Counted from the stretch's first letter, positions 20,980 to 31,840 are shown. The stretch: 64,000 nucleotides of DNA from Gammaproteobacteria bacterium (GCA_965277715.1 OZ255836.1:3584001-3648000), one strand, 5' to 3'. Program-made: numbers and translations. Notes: generated by a model from the letters alone, not told the origin.

Positions 20980-22211
20980 GCCAATGTAAACTGTTGATTG
21001 CCTTCTGGTAGCATCAACTCTACCTGGTCACCGACGCGAATTTTATTTTTGACTTCAATGGTTAACAAACTATCATCGTTATTTTCCTGTGAATCGATTT
21101 CACCGGCAAATCGTTGGGTGCCCATTTGTGTGCCGCCCTGATTATAGTTTTGCAGTTCTTTGGGGACATGTCGTCGGTAAAACCCTTCGGTGTAACCACG
21201 GCTGGCCATGCCATCAAGGTCGTGTAATAGAGCCATATTAAATTCCCTGCCAGCGTGCCAGTCATCAATGGCGCGCCGGTAGAGCTGGGCGGTACGGGCG
21301 GTATAAAAATGGGATTTGGTCCGGCCTTCGATTTTTAGTGAGCTGATACCCACGTCCGCTAATTTAGCGACGTGTTGAATTGCACGCAGATCTTTAGAAT
21401 TGAGAATATACGTGCCGTTTTCGTCTTCCTCTATCGGCATAAACTCGCCCGGTCGGGATTTTTCTTCCAGTAGGTAAACGGGTTGTTCATCTACTTTTGT
21501 CTCTGGCTTATTGGTTTCAGTCGCGTCTGTTTCAGGGCTAAATTTACCAAAGGCGGAGGTGGTGGGTGTGGTATCGCCCTTGTCATCAACGGCACCTTCG
21601 CTAACACCATATTGCCAGCGACAGGCATTGGTACAGGCTCCCTGGTTTGGATCGCGGTGGTTGAAATACCCAGAGAGTAAGCAACGACCCGAATAGGCGA
21701 TACACAAGGAACCGTGAACAAACACTTCGAGCTCCATTTCTGGGCACTGTTGCTTGATTTCTTCGATTTCCTCCAGACCTAACTCGCGAGACAGGATAAC
21801 CCGCTTCAACCCGACCGACTGCCAAAACCTGACCGATGCGGCATTCATGGTATTGGCCTGAACTGAGAGGTGAATCACTTGCTCGGGCCACTTTTCACGC
21901 ACCAGCATAATTAACCCAGGGTCTGCCATGATCAGCGCATCTGGCTTCATTTCAAGGATTGGCTGCATGTCGCGCAGGTAGGTTTTCACCTTATTGTTGT
22001 GTGGTAGTACATTACTGGCAACAAAGAAGCGTTTACCCCGCTGATGCGCGTAATCAATGCCACTGCGCAGGTTCTCCATGGAAAAATCGTTATTGCGGGC
22101 GCGTAGGCTGTAGCGTGGCTGACCGGCGTAAACCGCATCCGCACCATAGGCGAATGCATAGGTCATATTTTTAAACGTGCCAGCGGGCGAAAGCAGTTCG
22201 GGGGCTTGCAT
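20838..22211 (-). CDS. trhP: U32 peptidase family tRNA hydroxylation protein (YegQ/TrhP)
   Basis: PELLSPAG, YGADAVYAGQPRYSLRARNNDF, HGSLCIAYSGRCLLS, GACTNACRW, SLKIEGRTKS. Confidence 0.9.
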   Translation of the reverse strand: MQAPELLSPAGTFKNMTYAFAYGADAVYAGQPRYSLRARNNDFSMENLRSGIDYAHQRGKRFFVASNVLPHNNKVKTYLRDMQPILEMKPDALIMADPGLIMLVREKWPEQVIHLSVQANTMNAASVRFWQSVGLKRVILSRELGLEEIEEIKQQCPEMELEVFVHGSLCIAYSGRCLLSGYFNHRDPNQGACTNACRWQYGVSEGAVDDKGDTTPTTSAFGKFSPETDATETNKPETKVDEQPVYLLEEKSRPGEFMPIEEDENGTYILNSKDLRAIQHVAKLADVGISSLKIEGRTKSHFYTARTAQLYRRAIDDWHAGREFNMALLHDLDGMASRGYTEGFYRRHVPKELQNYNQGGTQMGTQRFAGEIDSQENNDDSLLTIEVKNKIRVGDQVELMLPEGNQQFTLAHMENMRGEKMLLAPGSGHRIRIAVPESANNAEFGLLMVNACTSSRE

Positions 22212-22315
22212 AATGTAAATCAACTCGTGCTGATGGTGCCTATAGCGTTTACAACGACTGAATAGGGTATCGTAAAACTACGGTGCTTGCCGTCGGTTCA
22301 ACTGATTAACTCAGG

Positions 22316-23632
22316 CTAAGCCTGGACGCTTGGGCTTGGGCGTTTTGGCCGCCGATGCCTCGGTTTGCCGCTGCGACCATCTTTACTGTTACGTGACCTG
22401 TCACCGCCTTTTTTAGATGGGTGGTCACGTCTTCGTTCGGTGAAGATGGGTTTGTCAAGCGCGACCAATAGCTCGTCAGTGATATCGCTAACAGTGATAG
22501 TGTGGCCAATATAAGTTTCGATTTCCGGTAGTGAAAAAGCGTATTCTTCGCAGGCAAAGCTGATTGCATCACCACTTTTACCGGCACGTGCCGTGCGCCC
22601 GATGCGGTGTACATAATCCTCTGCTTGTTGAGGCAGGTCATAATTAAATACATGGCTGACTTCTGGTACATGCAGGCCGCGTGCCGCGACATCGGTGGCA
22701 ATCAGTACGGGTAATCCGCCGCTTTGAAATTCTTCCAGTAGTTTTTGGCGTTTGCGTTGGGGTACGTCACCAGACAGGGTGGCGGCTTTAAATCCATTGC
22801 CGCGCAGGTAGGCAGTAATCTTCTCTGCACTGCGCTTTGTATTGACAAATATCATCGAGCGCGGTGCCTGCAAGGCGCGCATCAAACCGACTAATAAGGG
22901 GATTTTTTCCTCACTGGCGGGGTGGTACAGGTACTGACGGACATTGTCAGCCGTAATATTGTCGGTTTCAACCACCAGCCGTTGTGGGTTGTTCATGTGT
23001 TCGTAGGCCAACTCCAACACGCGATGTGACAGCGTGGCCGAAAACAACATACTGAGTCGCTGGTTGGGCGGTGGCATGTGACGAAACAGGTAGCGGATAT
23101 CGGCAATAAAACCGAGATCGAACATACGGTCAGCCTCATCCAGAATGGCTACTTGTAGTGCCTTGAGGTCAAACAACCTCTGTTTAAAATAATCGATCAG
23201 TCGACCCGGTGTACCGATTAATACATCGACGCCGGATTCGAGCATGGTGCGTTGTTGTTCGTAACCTGTACCACCGTAGACCAGCCCGATTTTTAGATTA
23301 GTGTGTCTACCCAATTGCCCGGCGTCTTTATGAATTTGGATTGCCAGCTCACGGGTAGGCGCTACAACCAGAGCGCGTGGTTGTTTGGCTAAACGGTGCT
23401 CACTGGCGGGGTGTTTATGCAGATGGGCAAAGGTTGCCAACAAAAATGCGGCTGTTTTGCCTGTGCCGGTCTGTGCCTGCCCCGCTACATCACTACCCTG
23501 TAGCGCAACAGGTAAGGCCAGCGCCTGGATTTCTGTGCAAAATGTGAAGCCACAATCGTCCAGTGCGTGCAGCAGGGGTGCGTGCAAGTCCAGCGAAGCA
23601 AAAGAGGTAGAACTAAGGTGCGTGTCGCTCAT
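22316..23632 (-). CDS. rhlB: DEAD-box RNA helicase RhlB
   Basis: AQTGTGKT, PTRELA, DEAD, SAT, HRIGRTAR; divergent from trxA-rho. Confidence 0.92.
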   Translation of the reverse strand: MSDTHLSSTSFASLDLHAPLLHALDDCGFTFCTEIQALALPVALQGSDVAGQAQTGTGKTAAFLLATFAHLHKHPASEHRLAKQPRALVVAPTRELAIQIHKDAGQLGRHTNLKIGLVYGGTGYEQQRTMLESGVDVLIGTPGRLIDYFKQRLFDLKALQVAILDEADRMFDLGFIADIRYLFRHMPPPNQRLSMLFSATLSHRVLELAYEHMNNPQRLVVETDNITADNVRQYLYHPASEEKIPLLVGLMRALQAPRSMIFVNTKRSAEKITAYLRGNGFKAATLSGDVPQRKRQKLLEEFQSGGLPVLIATDVAARGLHVPEVSHVFNYDLPQQAEDYVHRIGRTARAGKSGDAISFACEEYAFSLPEIETYIGHTITVSDITDELLVALDKPIFTERRRDHPSKKGGDRSRNSKDGRSGKPRHRRPKRPSPSVQA

Positions 23633-23837
23633 GGGCGGCAAGGATACAGTATTTCTATTGCCTCGTTTTATAAAATAGCGTGCTGGAAAAAACTGGAGGG
23701 GGGAGTTACGCGGAATGCGGAATTCGTGGCATAATTGCCATTTTGAAAGATTTGATGCTATAAGCAGCTGTTGTCAGCTTGCTTTCCCGATGCATTAAAG
23801 CCGATTTACGACGATTAATCACCTGAGGAAAATCATA

Positions 23838-24164
23838 GTGAGTGACCCTATAGTCGCTGTATCCGACGATAGTTTTGAGTCTGAAGTACTACAGTCTGAT
23901 AAGCCTGTACTGGTAGATTACTGGGCCGAGTGGTGCGGCCCTTGCAAAATGATAGCGCCGATTCTGGCAGAAATCGCACCGAACTACGCCGATAAGATCA
24001 AAATTGCCAAGCTTAATATTGATGATAACCCCAATACGCCACCAAAATATGGTATCCGTGGCATCCCGACACTCATGCTGTTTAAAGGCGGGGCAGTGGA
24101 TGCAACCAAGGTGGGCGCTTTATCGAAATCGCAATTGATGGCGTTTATTGACGAAAATATTTAG
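23838..24164 (+). CDS. trxA: Thioredoxin
   Basis: [19 protein letters not shown]; upstream of rho. Confidence 0.97.
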   Translation: MSDPIVAVSDDSFESEVLQSDKPVLVDYWAEWCGPCKMIAPILAEIAPNYADKIKIAKLNIDDNPNTPPKYGIRGIPTLMLFKGGAVDATKVGALSKSQLMAFIDENI

Positions 24165-24443
24165 CATCTCCAGAAGGCCCAACGGTCTTCTGGTTGCAAT
24201 TGGCAGCACAGATGTTATCTGAGTCGTTGAGGCCCAGTGTGTGGTTTTTAAATAAAATGCCAAATAAAATGTGACAAGACTGGACGAACGGCAAATGCCG
24301 TGCTAAATTCAACGCAATCTCCAAACAAGTAGTTCTTTCCCGCACGCTCGGGATTCCCAAACGATTAAGACACCCAGTATTCCTGAGCTATCTCACAGCT
24401 CTTACTGTTTCTTTGGTTTCACTCAGCACACTAACCTCAAAAC

Positions 24444-25700
24444 ATGAATCTAACAGACCTGAAAAAGCAATCTGCGGCAGACCTTATCGGTGTTGCCCAA
24501 TCTGTCGGCATTGAAAACGTCGCTCGATCACGCAAGCAAGATATTATCTTTTCTATCCTTAAGGCACAGGCCAAAAAAGGCGAGGATATTTTTGGTGGAG
24601 GGGTATTGGAAATTCTCCAGGACGGCTTTGGTTTTCTCCGTTCGGCAGACAGTTCCTACTTGGCCGGGCCGGATGATATCTATGTATCGCCCAGCCAGAT
24701 TCGTCGCTTTAACTTGCGCACAGGCGATACGATTACAGGCAAAATTCGCCCCCCAAAAGACACCGAGCGTTATTTTGCGCTGCTCAAGGTGGATGAAATT
24801 AACTTCAGCCCACCAGAAAATACGCGCAACAAAGTGTTATTTGAGAATTTAACACCGCTACATGCCAATAGGCGCTTAAAAATGGAACGTGGCAATGGCA
24901 GTACGGAAGATATAACGGCGCGTATTATCGATATTGCGGCACCCATTGGTAAAGGGCAACGCGGGTTGATTGTTTCGCCGCCCAAAGCGGGTAAGACGCT
25001 GATGTTGCAGAATATCGCGCAAAGCATTTCGGCTAATCACCCCGAGTGTTACCTGATTGTTTTACTGATCGATGAACGACCGGAAGAGGTCACCGAAATG
25101 GAGCGTATGGTACAGGGAGAGGTTGTGTCGAGTACCTTTGATGAACCTGCCAGCCGCCATGTGCAGGTTGCTGAAATGGTTATCGAAAAAGCCAAGCGAT
25201 TGGTCGAGCACAAGACGGATGTAATCATTCTGTTGGATTCGATTACGCGTTTGGCACGTGCTTATAATACGGTGGTGCCATCTTCAGGCAAGGTCCTGAC
25301 CGGCGGGGTTGACGCCAATGCATTGCACCGACCCAAACGTTTTTTTGGGGCGGCACGCAATATTGAGGAAGGTGGTAGCCTGACAATTCTCGCTACAGCG
25401 TTGATTGATACAGGCTCTAAAATGGATGAAGTCATTTACGAGGAATTTAAAGGTACGGGTAATATGGAGCTGCACCTGGATCGGCGTATCGCCGAAAAAC
25501 GCGTTTTCCCTGCCATCAATGTCAATCGTTCTGGCACCCGCCGTGAAGAGTTGATTATGGATCAGGAAGAGTTGCAAAAGGTGTGGATTTTACGTAAGTT
25601 TCTACACCCGATGGATGAAATTGAGGCGGTGGAATTTTTGCTGGGTCGCTTGCAACAAACCAAAACCAATGACAATTTTTTTGAGGCGATGAAACGTTAA
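24444..25700 (+). CDS. rho: Transcription termination factor Rho
   Basis: [35 protein letters not shown]. Confidence 0.99.
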   Translation: MNLTDLKKQSAADLIGVAQSVGIENVARSRKQDIIFSILKAQAKKGEDIFGGGVLEILQDGFGFLRSADSSYLAGPDDIYVSPSQIRRFNLRTGDTITGKIRPPKDTERYFALLKVDEINFSPPENTRNKVLFENLTPLHANRRLKMERGNGSTEDITARIIDIAAPIGKGQRGLIVSPPKAGKTLMLQNIAQSISANHPECYLIVLLIDERPEEVTEMERMVQGEVVSSTFDEPASRHVQVAEMVIEKAKRLVEHKTDVIILLDSITRLARAYNTVVPSSGKVLTGGVDANALHRPKRFFGAARNIEEGGSLTILATALIDTGSKMDEVIYEEFKGTGNMELHLDRRIAEKRVFPAINVNRSGTRREELIMDQEELQKVWILRKFLHPMDEIEAVEFLLGRLQQTKTNDNFFEAMKR

Positions 25701-25764
25701 ATGAAAATCGCACTCTCCACAGGGTAAACAACAGGATTAAGTATATAACGCCATTGAGCAAGCA

Positions 25765-28056
25765 ATGTTTAAGTCAGCCCTTCTTTTTGTACTTTCACTC
25801 TTTCTGGCCAGCCAGGCCATTGCTGTTGGTCGTGTTCTTGCACCGGCGGTTGATCCTGAATCGACAGGCATCAGCAGTGTTGCCGATATAGAGGCCGATG
25901 TACTACTCGACCTCAAACCGGATGAAGTCGATGAGTTCCTCGCACCGCTCTCAGACCAGCAATCGCGGCAACTGTTGATCCATTACCTCAGGCAGGTAAC
26001 AGACAAGGCGCAAATTGAAAAAGTCGAGGTGACCGAGAGCAGCGTCGCCGGGTTTTTACAGGCGATACAAAACCGTGCTGTAGAAATTGCCAGTGCTACA
26101 GATGCCCATCGCCAGGCACTGAACGAACTCGGTGATTCTCTTATCTATATTTTTCGCAATCTCACTGATTTGCGCGGTGCACCGGCGATGTGGGAAGGGT
26201 TGCTGGCGTTTGCGGTTATGTTGTTGGTTGGGGGCGTCGCTGTGGTGGTGTTTGCCCGGATCAGTGTAAAAATCCAGCAGCGACTGACGCTGGATGCCGA
26301 CGCCGACATAGTATTGCGTTTGTTATGTGTTGTATTTCACCTGCTTATTGATTTCGTGAAAGTAGTGCTGTTTACCGCCTGTGCCTACGGCATTTCGTTT
26401 GTGTTTTTTGAACGTTTTGACCCTATGCGCTATTTTGCCATCACCTATTTATCGGTGATTGTTGTGGTTTGGATGACCTGGATCGTGTCACGGTTTTTGT
26501 TCTCCCCCAACAATAGCAACACCCGACTGATCGGAATGCCTGACACCGATGCCAAGTCCACACACCGCTGGATTGTGTTGCTCACGGCTGTGTCCAGTAC
26601 CGTATTTCTTACCAGCGGTTTATTAACTATTCTCGGTTTTAAGGCCGAGCTACTACGACTGTATATTATTGCTGGTGGTGCGATTGTCATTGTCCTGTTA
26701 TTGGTCTGGGGTTGGCGGAAACACCTGCGCGTTAGTGAGGCGATGATAGCTAGAATGAACCCGCATTCAGCGGGCTACCGCCTGCGCCTTTCCATCGCGC
26801 AGAGTTGGCATATTATTGCCACGGTTTATCTGGTGGGCCTGTGGTGGGTATGGGCGAGCAATGTATTACTCCAGTGGCAGCAGCAGGCGCAGGCGGCTGT
26901 GTACAGCTTATTGGTATTATTTGTATTGCCATTTGCCGATTATTTTTTTGCGGCGTTGATGCGGTTGCTGCTGAACAACAAATCACGCGAACCAGAGGCA
27001 CAGGCACGCATGAGTGATTTTGTGCAGATTTTACAGCGCTCGCTGCGGCTGGTGTTGATTGTCCTCGCTTTGGTGATATTGTCCAGTGCGTGGAGCAGTG
27101 ACCTGTATGCGATGGCGCAAACGGAAACGGGCAGTATATTGTTAAATTCAGGGTTGAATATTGGGGTCACCTTGTTACTGGCGTTTATCGCCTGGGAAGC
27201 GGTAAAGATCTTTATCGATCCCCACCTTCCAGAAAAACCCAGTGAAGGGGTGCTGGATCTCGAAGGGGACGGCGGTGGTGTTGGTGGTACGCGATCAGAG
27301 ACACTCCTACCACTGTTTCGTACATTTATTTGTATTGTGTTGGTAGTTTCAGTGGTGATGATTGTCTTGTCCTCTCTGGGAGCTGATATTGCCCCATTGT
27401 TGGCAGGTGCCGGTGTGATTGGTCTTGCGATTGGTTTTGGTGCACAAAAGTTGGTGCAGGATATTATTTCCGGCATCTTCTTTTTGGTCGACGATGCGTT
27501 CCGCATTGGAGAGTATGTTGAGGCGGGTACGTTGCGTGGTACGGTCGAGTTTATTTCGCTGCGTTCGATGAAACTGCGTCATCACCTCGGTATGGTACAG
27601 ACAATCCCATTTGGTGAGATTACAGCCATTGTCAACCACAGCCGCGACTGGATTATTATGAAGCTGGAATTTCGTATGGCTTACGACACCAATATCGAAA
27701 AGGTGCGCAAGCTTATCAAAAAAGTAGGGCAGGATATGCAAAAAGACCCACTTTTCAGCGAGCATATGTTGCAACCGTTGAAATCACAAGGCGTGCTGCG
27801 TATCGAAGAGTCAACCTTGATTATGCGCATGAAATTTACATCCGTTCCAGGCCAGCAGTGGGTGATGCGGCGTGAGGCATATCGCCGTGTTCAAGAAGCT
27901 TTTCGCGAAAACAATATTGAATTTGCACACCGCAAAGTATTGGTAGAGGCAGCGCCGGGAACTACCATTTCCCATGATGAGTTGATGCGTGCAGGTGCGG
28001 CCATTGCGGAACAGGATGAGTCATCGTCCAAACCAAAATCGAGTGATGATCGATAA
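25765..28056 (+). CDS. Large MscS-family mechanosensitive channel with extended N-terminal TM region
   Basis: PLLAGAGVIGLAIGFGAQKLVQDIISG, DDAFRIGEYV, IPFGEI; signal peptide-like N-terminus. Confidence 0.88.
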   Translation: MFKSALLFVLSLFLASQAIAVGRVLAPAVDPESTGISSVADIEADVLLDLKPDEVDEFLAPLSDQQSRQLLIHYLRQVTDKAQIEKVEVTESSVAGFLQAIQNRAVEIASATDAHRQALNELGDSLIYIFRNLTDLRGAPAMWEGLLAFAVMLLVGGVAVVVFARISVKIQQRLTLDADADIVLRLLCVVFHLLIDFVKVVLFTACAYGISFVFFERFDPMRYFAITYLSVIVVVWMTWIVSRFLFSPNNSNTRLIGMPDTDAKSTHRWIVLLTAVSSTVFLTSGLLTILGFKAELLRLYIIAGGAIVIVLLLVWGWRKHLRVSEAMIARMNPHSAGYRLRLSIAQSWHIIATVYLVGLWWVWASNVLLQWQQQAQAAVYSLLVLFVLPFADYFFAALMRLLLNNKSREPEAQARMSDFVQILQRSLRLVLIVLALVILSSAWSSDLYAMAQTETGSILLNSGLNIGVTLLLAFIAWEAVKIFIDPHLPEKPSEGVLDLEGDGGGVGGTRSETLLPLFRTFICIVLVVSVVMIVLSSLGADIAPLLAGAGVIGLAIGFGAQKLVQDIISGIFFLVDDAFRIGEYVEAGTLRGTVEFISLRSMKLRHHLGMVQTIPFGEITAIVNHSRDWIIMKLEFRMAYDTNIEKVRKLIKKVGQDMQKDPLFSEHMLQPLKSQGVLRIEESTLIMRMKFTSVPGQQWVMRREAYRRVQEAFRENNIEFAHRKVLVEAAPGTTISHDELMRAGAAIAEQDESSSKPKSSDDR

Positions 28057-28101
28057 ATCAATAGATGCCGTGCCACTATCTATAGTGGAATGGTGCCCTC
28101 C

Positions 28102-29385
28102 TTACTCCCGGGCAATTGCCCGGTAGCCAATATCACGCCGGTAATACGCGCCTTCCCATTCGATTTTTTCGACGTTTTGGTGTGCCGTTTGCTGCGCTTC
28201 CTGAACTGAGTTGCCAAGGGCTGCCACACACAATACACGCCCGCCCGCAGTGATTATGTCACCCATGGGATTTATCGCTGTACCGGCATGAAAAACCTTT
28301 ACATCGTGGTTATCGATACCTGACAACCCTGAGATATGGTGGCCTTTTGCATATTCTTCCGGGTAGCCGTCGGCGGCCATGACGACACCCAGCGCGCTGC
28401 GGTTATCCCAATCGGCATCGACCTGATCCAGCTTTTGGTTACATGCGGCAAGGCACATTGCCACCAAATCACCTTTTAACCGCAACATTATCGCTTGCGT
28501 TTCCGGGTCACCAAAGCGCACATTAAATTCGAGCACGCGAGCCGTTCCCTCTTTACTTATCATTACCCCTGCATATAAAAAGCCGGTAAATGGTGTACCG
28601 TCTGCCGCCATACCATCGACTGTTGGGTGAATAATTTTCTGCATAATCTGCTGATGCAGGGAAGCATCGATAATAGGTGCGGGCGAATAGGCGCCCATGC
28701 CGCCCGTATTGGGTCCCTTGTCGCCTTCATCGCGTGCCTTGTGATCCTGAGAGGTCGCCATTGGCAGAATATTTTTGCCATCGACCATACAAATAAAGCT
28801 CGCTTCCTCACCGTCGAGAAAAGCCTCAATTACCACTCTGTGGCCCGCCTCTCCAAAGGCATTACCTGCCAACATATTATTGATGGCTGCCGCTGCCTGT
28901 GTGTGTGTATTGGCGATAACCACACCTTTCCCGGCGGCCAGGCCATCGGCTTTGACAACGATGGGTGTATCCATGTGTTGAGCGTATTCAATGGCAGCTT
29001 GCGCCTGGGTAAACGACTGGTAGGTTGCCGTGGGGATAGTGTGGCGAATTAAAAATTCCTTGCTGAAGGTTTTACTGCCTTCAAGCTGGGCCGCCGCCGC
29101 TGTGGGGCCAAAAATTGTCAGGCCTGCTGCCTGAAACGTATCGACGATGCCCGCAACCAGTGGCACTTCAGGGCCAACTATTGTCAACGCGATGGTTTTT
29201 TCCAGTGCAAAGTGCAGCAGTGATTCAATGTCTTCAGCTTGAATGGGCACATTATGAATGTGGGGTTCTTCAGCAGTGCCGGCATTGCCGGGGGCGACGT
29301 ATACGCATTCAACACCAGCGCCTTGAACCGCTTTCCAGGCTAACGCGTGCTCCCGTCCACCGCCACCAACAATCAGCACTCTCAT
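28102..29385 (-). CDS. purD: Phosphoribosylamine--glycine ligase
   Basis: [52 protein letters not shown]. Start at ATG 29385. Confidence 0.97.
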   Translation of the reverse strand: MRVLIVGGGGREHALAWKAVQGAGVECVYVAPGNAGTAEEPHIHNVPIQAEDIESLLHFALEKTIALTIVGPEVPLVAGIVDTFQAAGLTIFGPTAAAAQLEGSKTFSKEFLIRHTIPTATYQSFTQAQAAIEYAQHMDTPIVVKADGLAAGKGVVIANTHTQAAAAINNMLAGNAFGEAGHRVVIEAFLDGEEASFICMVDGKNILPMATSQDHKARDEGDKGPNTGGMGAYSPAPIIDASLHQQIMQKIIHPTVDGMAADGTPFTGFLYAGVMISKEGTARVLEFNVRFGDPETQAIMLRLKGDLVAMCLAACNQKLDQVDADWDNRSALGVVMAADGYPEEYAKGHHISGLSGIDNHDVKVFHAGTAINPMGDIITAGGRVLCVAALGNSVQEAQQTAHQNVEKIEWEGAYYRRDIGYRAIARE

Positions 29386-29440
29386 AACACTCTCCAAAAA
29401 AAGTTGTAATTTTACGTGTAGAGTGGATTGTATTGCATAT

Positions 29441-29466
29441 AAAAGAGGCGGACCTGACTGTCTGCC
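29441..29466 (-). terminator. Possible intrinsic terminator of the lower GGA-array RNA
   Basis: Minus strand ggcagac-agtcag-gtccgcc (one mismatch) followed by tctttt. Confidence 0.4.
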
Positions 29467-29600
29467 AATGATGGAGGATTTGTTCAAAGTGTTTGTGACA
29501 TCCTTGTCACAAGCCTCCTTAGTGGCTAAATCTCCTTGTGTCTTTCGTAGACATGTTTATACCTTTACACCGATCCTTGTGTAGTACGTCCCAGTGGTTT
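29441..29600 (-). ncRNA. Putative CsrA/RsmA-sequestering sRNA (RsmX/Y/Z-like), copy B
   Basis: Five minus-strand GGA motifs (plus-strand tcc at 29589, 29574, 29533, 29516, 29501), several in hairpin loops, e.g. uugugacA-AGGA-Ugucacaa. Confidence 0.65.
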
Positions 29601-29949
29601 GAAATATATAGCAGTGTTATGACTAACTCTGTGAGAGTTTACGTATTTATTTGGGTATTATTACCATTTTGAATTTCACACTGCAGTGTGGTTGTGTTCC
29701 GATAAAATACAGTTGGGCGAAAAAATACCTTAAGTATCTGATATAGTTGGTAAAAAACTGAAATTAATGACAGCTAAAAAGAAGCAAAAAAGCACCAAAA
29801 ATGTAGGAAAAACTGTTTCGGTCGATTGAGTTGGTGATTAAATTTTTTTAAATCTATCGCCTTGTTTGTTTTTGTCAGGCAACAGCATTTTCCTGAACGA
29901 CTGGGTAGTGTGTAGCGTTAGTTGGTCGATTGGGGTGTAATGCGGGTTG

Positions 29950-30060
29950 AGCAAGTGCGACATCCTTGTCGCGGCCTCCTCTAGTGGCTCTAATCCATCT
30001 TGGAGCTCTTCCCTGCGGGCTGCAGTTCCGGGGTGCGGCCCGTATCCATTAGCTGTTAGA
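29950..30060 (-). ncRNA. Putative CsrA/RsmA-sequestering sRNA, copy A (3' end uncertain)
   Basis: Six minus-strand GGA motifs at 14-18 nt spacing (plus-strand tcc at 30045, 30027, 30010, 29994, 29977, 29963), most flanked by short stems; last is gcgacA-AGGA-Ugucgc. Confidence 0.7.
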
Positions 30061-30142
30061 TTAGGTGTATATCTTTTAACGCTCAGTGAACTAATACACA
30101 AATTACCTGTGAAAAAATACCAAAATGGATAATTATTATAAT

Positions 30143-30808
30143 TTAGTAGCTTATGAGGGAATCGGGCAATGTCTTTTCAATGCAAATTGTTTTTTTACCG
30201 ACAGAAATATATTTTTTGTGGCCGAGTTCCCGTAGAATTTTGCTTACTGCTTCTCTGGATGAACCCACTCGATCAGCAATTACCTGATGGGTTAGGCGTT
30301 TGGTATACCACTTGTTCTTCTCTTCATAGGCATCTTTCATCAATACACGCCGTACCCTGCCGTAAACGTTGAGCAGTGCAAAGCTGCTGACTTCATCACT
30401 AAGTGACACTACGCGTTCAATCAATAACTTGATGATATGCTGGGATATTTGCGGGTAGCGCGACATGCAATTGAGAAAATCGTTTTTTGAAATAACCGAG
30501 AAGCAACTGTTTTCCAGCGTAATGACACTGGCTGAACGACGCTGATTACTCAACAGTGCAAGCTCACCAAATGAGTCACCGGGGTATAGCGTGTTTAAGG
30601 TCACTTCGCGACCCTCCTCATCGCTTATGTAGACGCGCACTGAACCACGGGTAATAACGTATAAGGAGTCCGTCTCATCACCCTGGGTGACTACAACTGA
30701 GTGTTTTTTGTAGCTACGGATGGTAGCTACGGCTTCCAGCATATTTAGATCTTCTGATCCAAGATCACTCAACAACGCAATATTTTTCAAACCATAAGAA
30801 GGCGACAT
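30143..30808 (-). CDS. Crp/Fnr-family transcriptional regulator
   Basis: cNMP domain (GDSFGELALL, RSASV) and HTH LTHQVIADRVGSSREAVSKIL. AGGAGA RBS before ATG 30808. Confidence 0.92.
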   Translation of the reverse strand: MSPSYGLKNIALLSDLGSEDLNMLEAVATIRSYKKHSVVVTQGDETDSLYVITRGSVRVYISDEEGREVTLNTLYPGDSFGELALLSNQRRSASVITLENSCFSVISKNDFLNCMSRYPQISQHIIKLLIERVVSLSDEVSSFALLNVYGRVRRVLMKDAYEEKNKWYTKRLTHQVIADRVGSSREAVSKILRELGHKKYISVGKKTICIEKTLPDSLISY

Positions 30809-31015
30809 CGACTCTCCTAAGCAGTAAACCCCAATGCACGCGACTGAGTAACACAGAACTACCATCAGCTTCAAGTTAGCAGCGCATTAGGATGAATATT
30901 TCCCCTAAAGGTGTGATTGACCTGATTAATCTATTGTATCGATTCTTTCTATATACCGGGGTAGATTTTATTGGAGCGATACCTTACCTCAATTGAGGGC
31001 GAGAAAAAATAACTA

Positions 31016-31248
31016 ATCTTTTCCAATACGGGGTGACACCTTATGAAAAAATTCGCTTTTTGCACAGCCCAGGCCAATACTTGGTGCCGGGTATTACACT
31101 GAAACAATTGGATGCATTTACGCATCAAATAACAGACAATGAAACCGCTGATCAATTGAATTCAGCAAAAGATAAGCGCTCTCAAAAACAGTTTGATCGC
31201 AGAATCAAACCCACTATCTTTCAGGTTCCTTTCTGAATTGGACAAAAC
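31016..31248 (+). mobile_element. Internally deleted IS remnant carrying only a transposase C-terminal tail
   Basis: TPYEK...QYLVPGITLKQLDA...DNETADQLNSAK resembles, from recall, C-termini of integrase-core (ISNCY-like) transposases. Short imperfect IRs ttttccaat (31019-31027) and attggacaa (31237-31245). Confidence 0.6.
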
Positions 31249-31258
31249 GGGTACTTAA

Positions 31259-31840
31259 ATGCAAAAGACCTATCTCAGTGCACAGGGATTACTTGAAGAC
31301 TCATTTCGCCTCGGCGCGCAGGTTTACAAAAGTGGTTTTCGCCCCAGCGTAATTATTGCCATCTGGCGGGGTGGCACACCTATTGGTATTGCAGTGCAGG
31401 AGCTATTTGCCTATATGGGCACTGAAACTGATCATATAGCCATTCGCACGTCATCGTATGGCAGTGGAATCGATGAGCGCTCTACATCGATCCGTATCCA
31501 CGGGATGAATTATCTGTTTAAAAATATCAACTACGATGATCGCCTGTTAATCGTCGATGATGTATTCGATACCGGGCACACTATCAACGCCGTGATCGCC
31601 TATATGCACGAGAAAGCACGCTTAAACACACCAAAAGATATTCGTGTGGCGGTGCCGTATTACAAGCCCGATCGCAATGAGACTGATCGTGTGCCCGATT
31701 ACTACCTGCATGAAACCAGCGAGTGGTTGAAATTTCCGCATTCGCTGGAAGGCTTGAGCGAAGCGGAAATTGTTGAACACCGCCCTGAAATACACGCTAT
31801 CGTAAGCGTTGGTTACCGCAGTGCAGGGAACACTGATTGA
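31259..31840 (+). CDS. Type I phosphoribosyltransferase (xanthine/hypoxanthine PRT-like)
   Basis: IWRGG, LLIVDDVFDTG PRPP loop, WLKFPH. Confidence 0.88.
   Translation: MQKTYLSAQGLLEDSFRLGAQVYKSGFRPSVIIAIWRGGTPIGIAVQELFAYMGTETDHIAIRTSSYGSGIDERSTSIRIHGMNYLFKNINYDDRLLIVDDVFDTGHTINAVIAYMHEKARLNTPKDIRVAVPYYKPDRNETDRVPDYYLHETSEWLKFPHSLEGLSEAEIVEHRPEIHAIVSVGYRSAGNTD

Noticed and set aside
29494-29511. TGTGA-N8-TCACA resembling a CRP site near a Crp-family gene
   Set aside because: The spacer is 8 nt rather than 6, and the paralogous copy keeps base pairing but not sequence, which favours an RNA hairpin.
29490-30060. Possible CRISPR array
   Set aside because: No identical 23-47 nt repeats with unique spacers, and no cas genes in the window.
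29838-30132. Short ORFs of 87 and 61 aa in the purD-crp gap
   Set aside because: No recognisable motifs; they overlap the GGA array, which is better explained as ncRNA.
30912-30930. FNR/CRP-like half sites upstream of the Crp-family gene
   Set aside because: TTGAC-N3-ATTAA has the wrong spacing, and TGTGA has no matching second half site.
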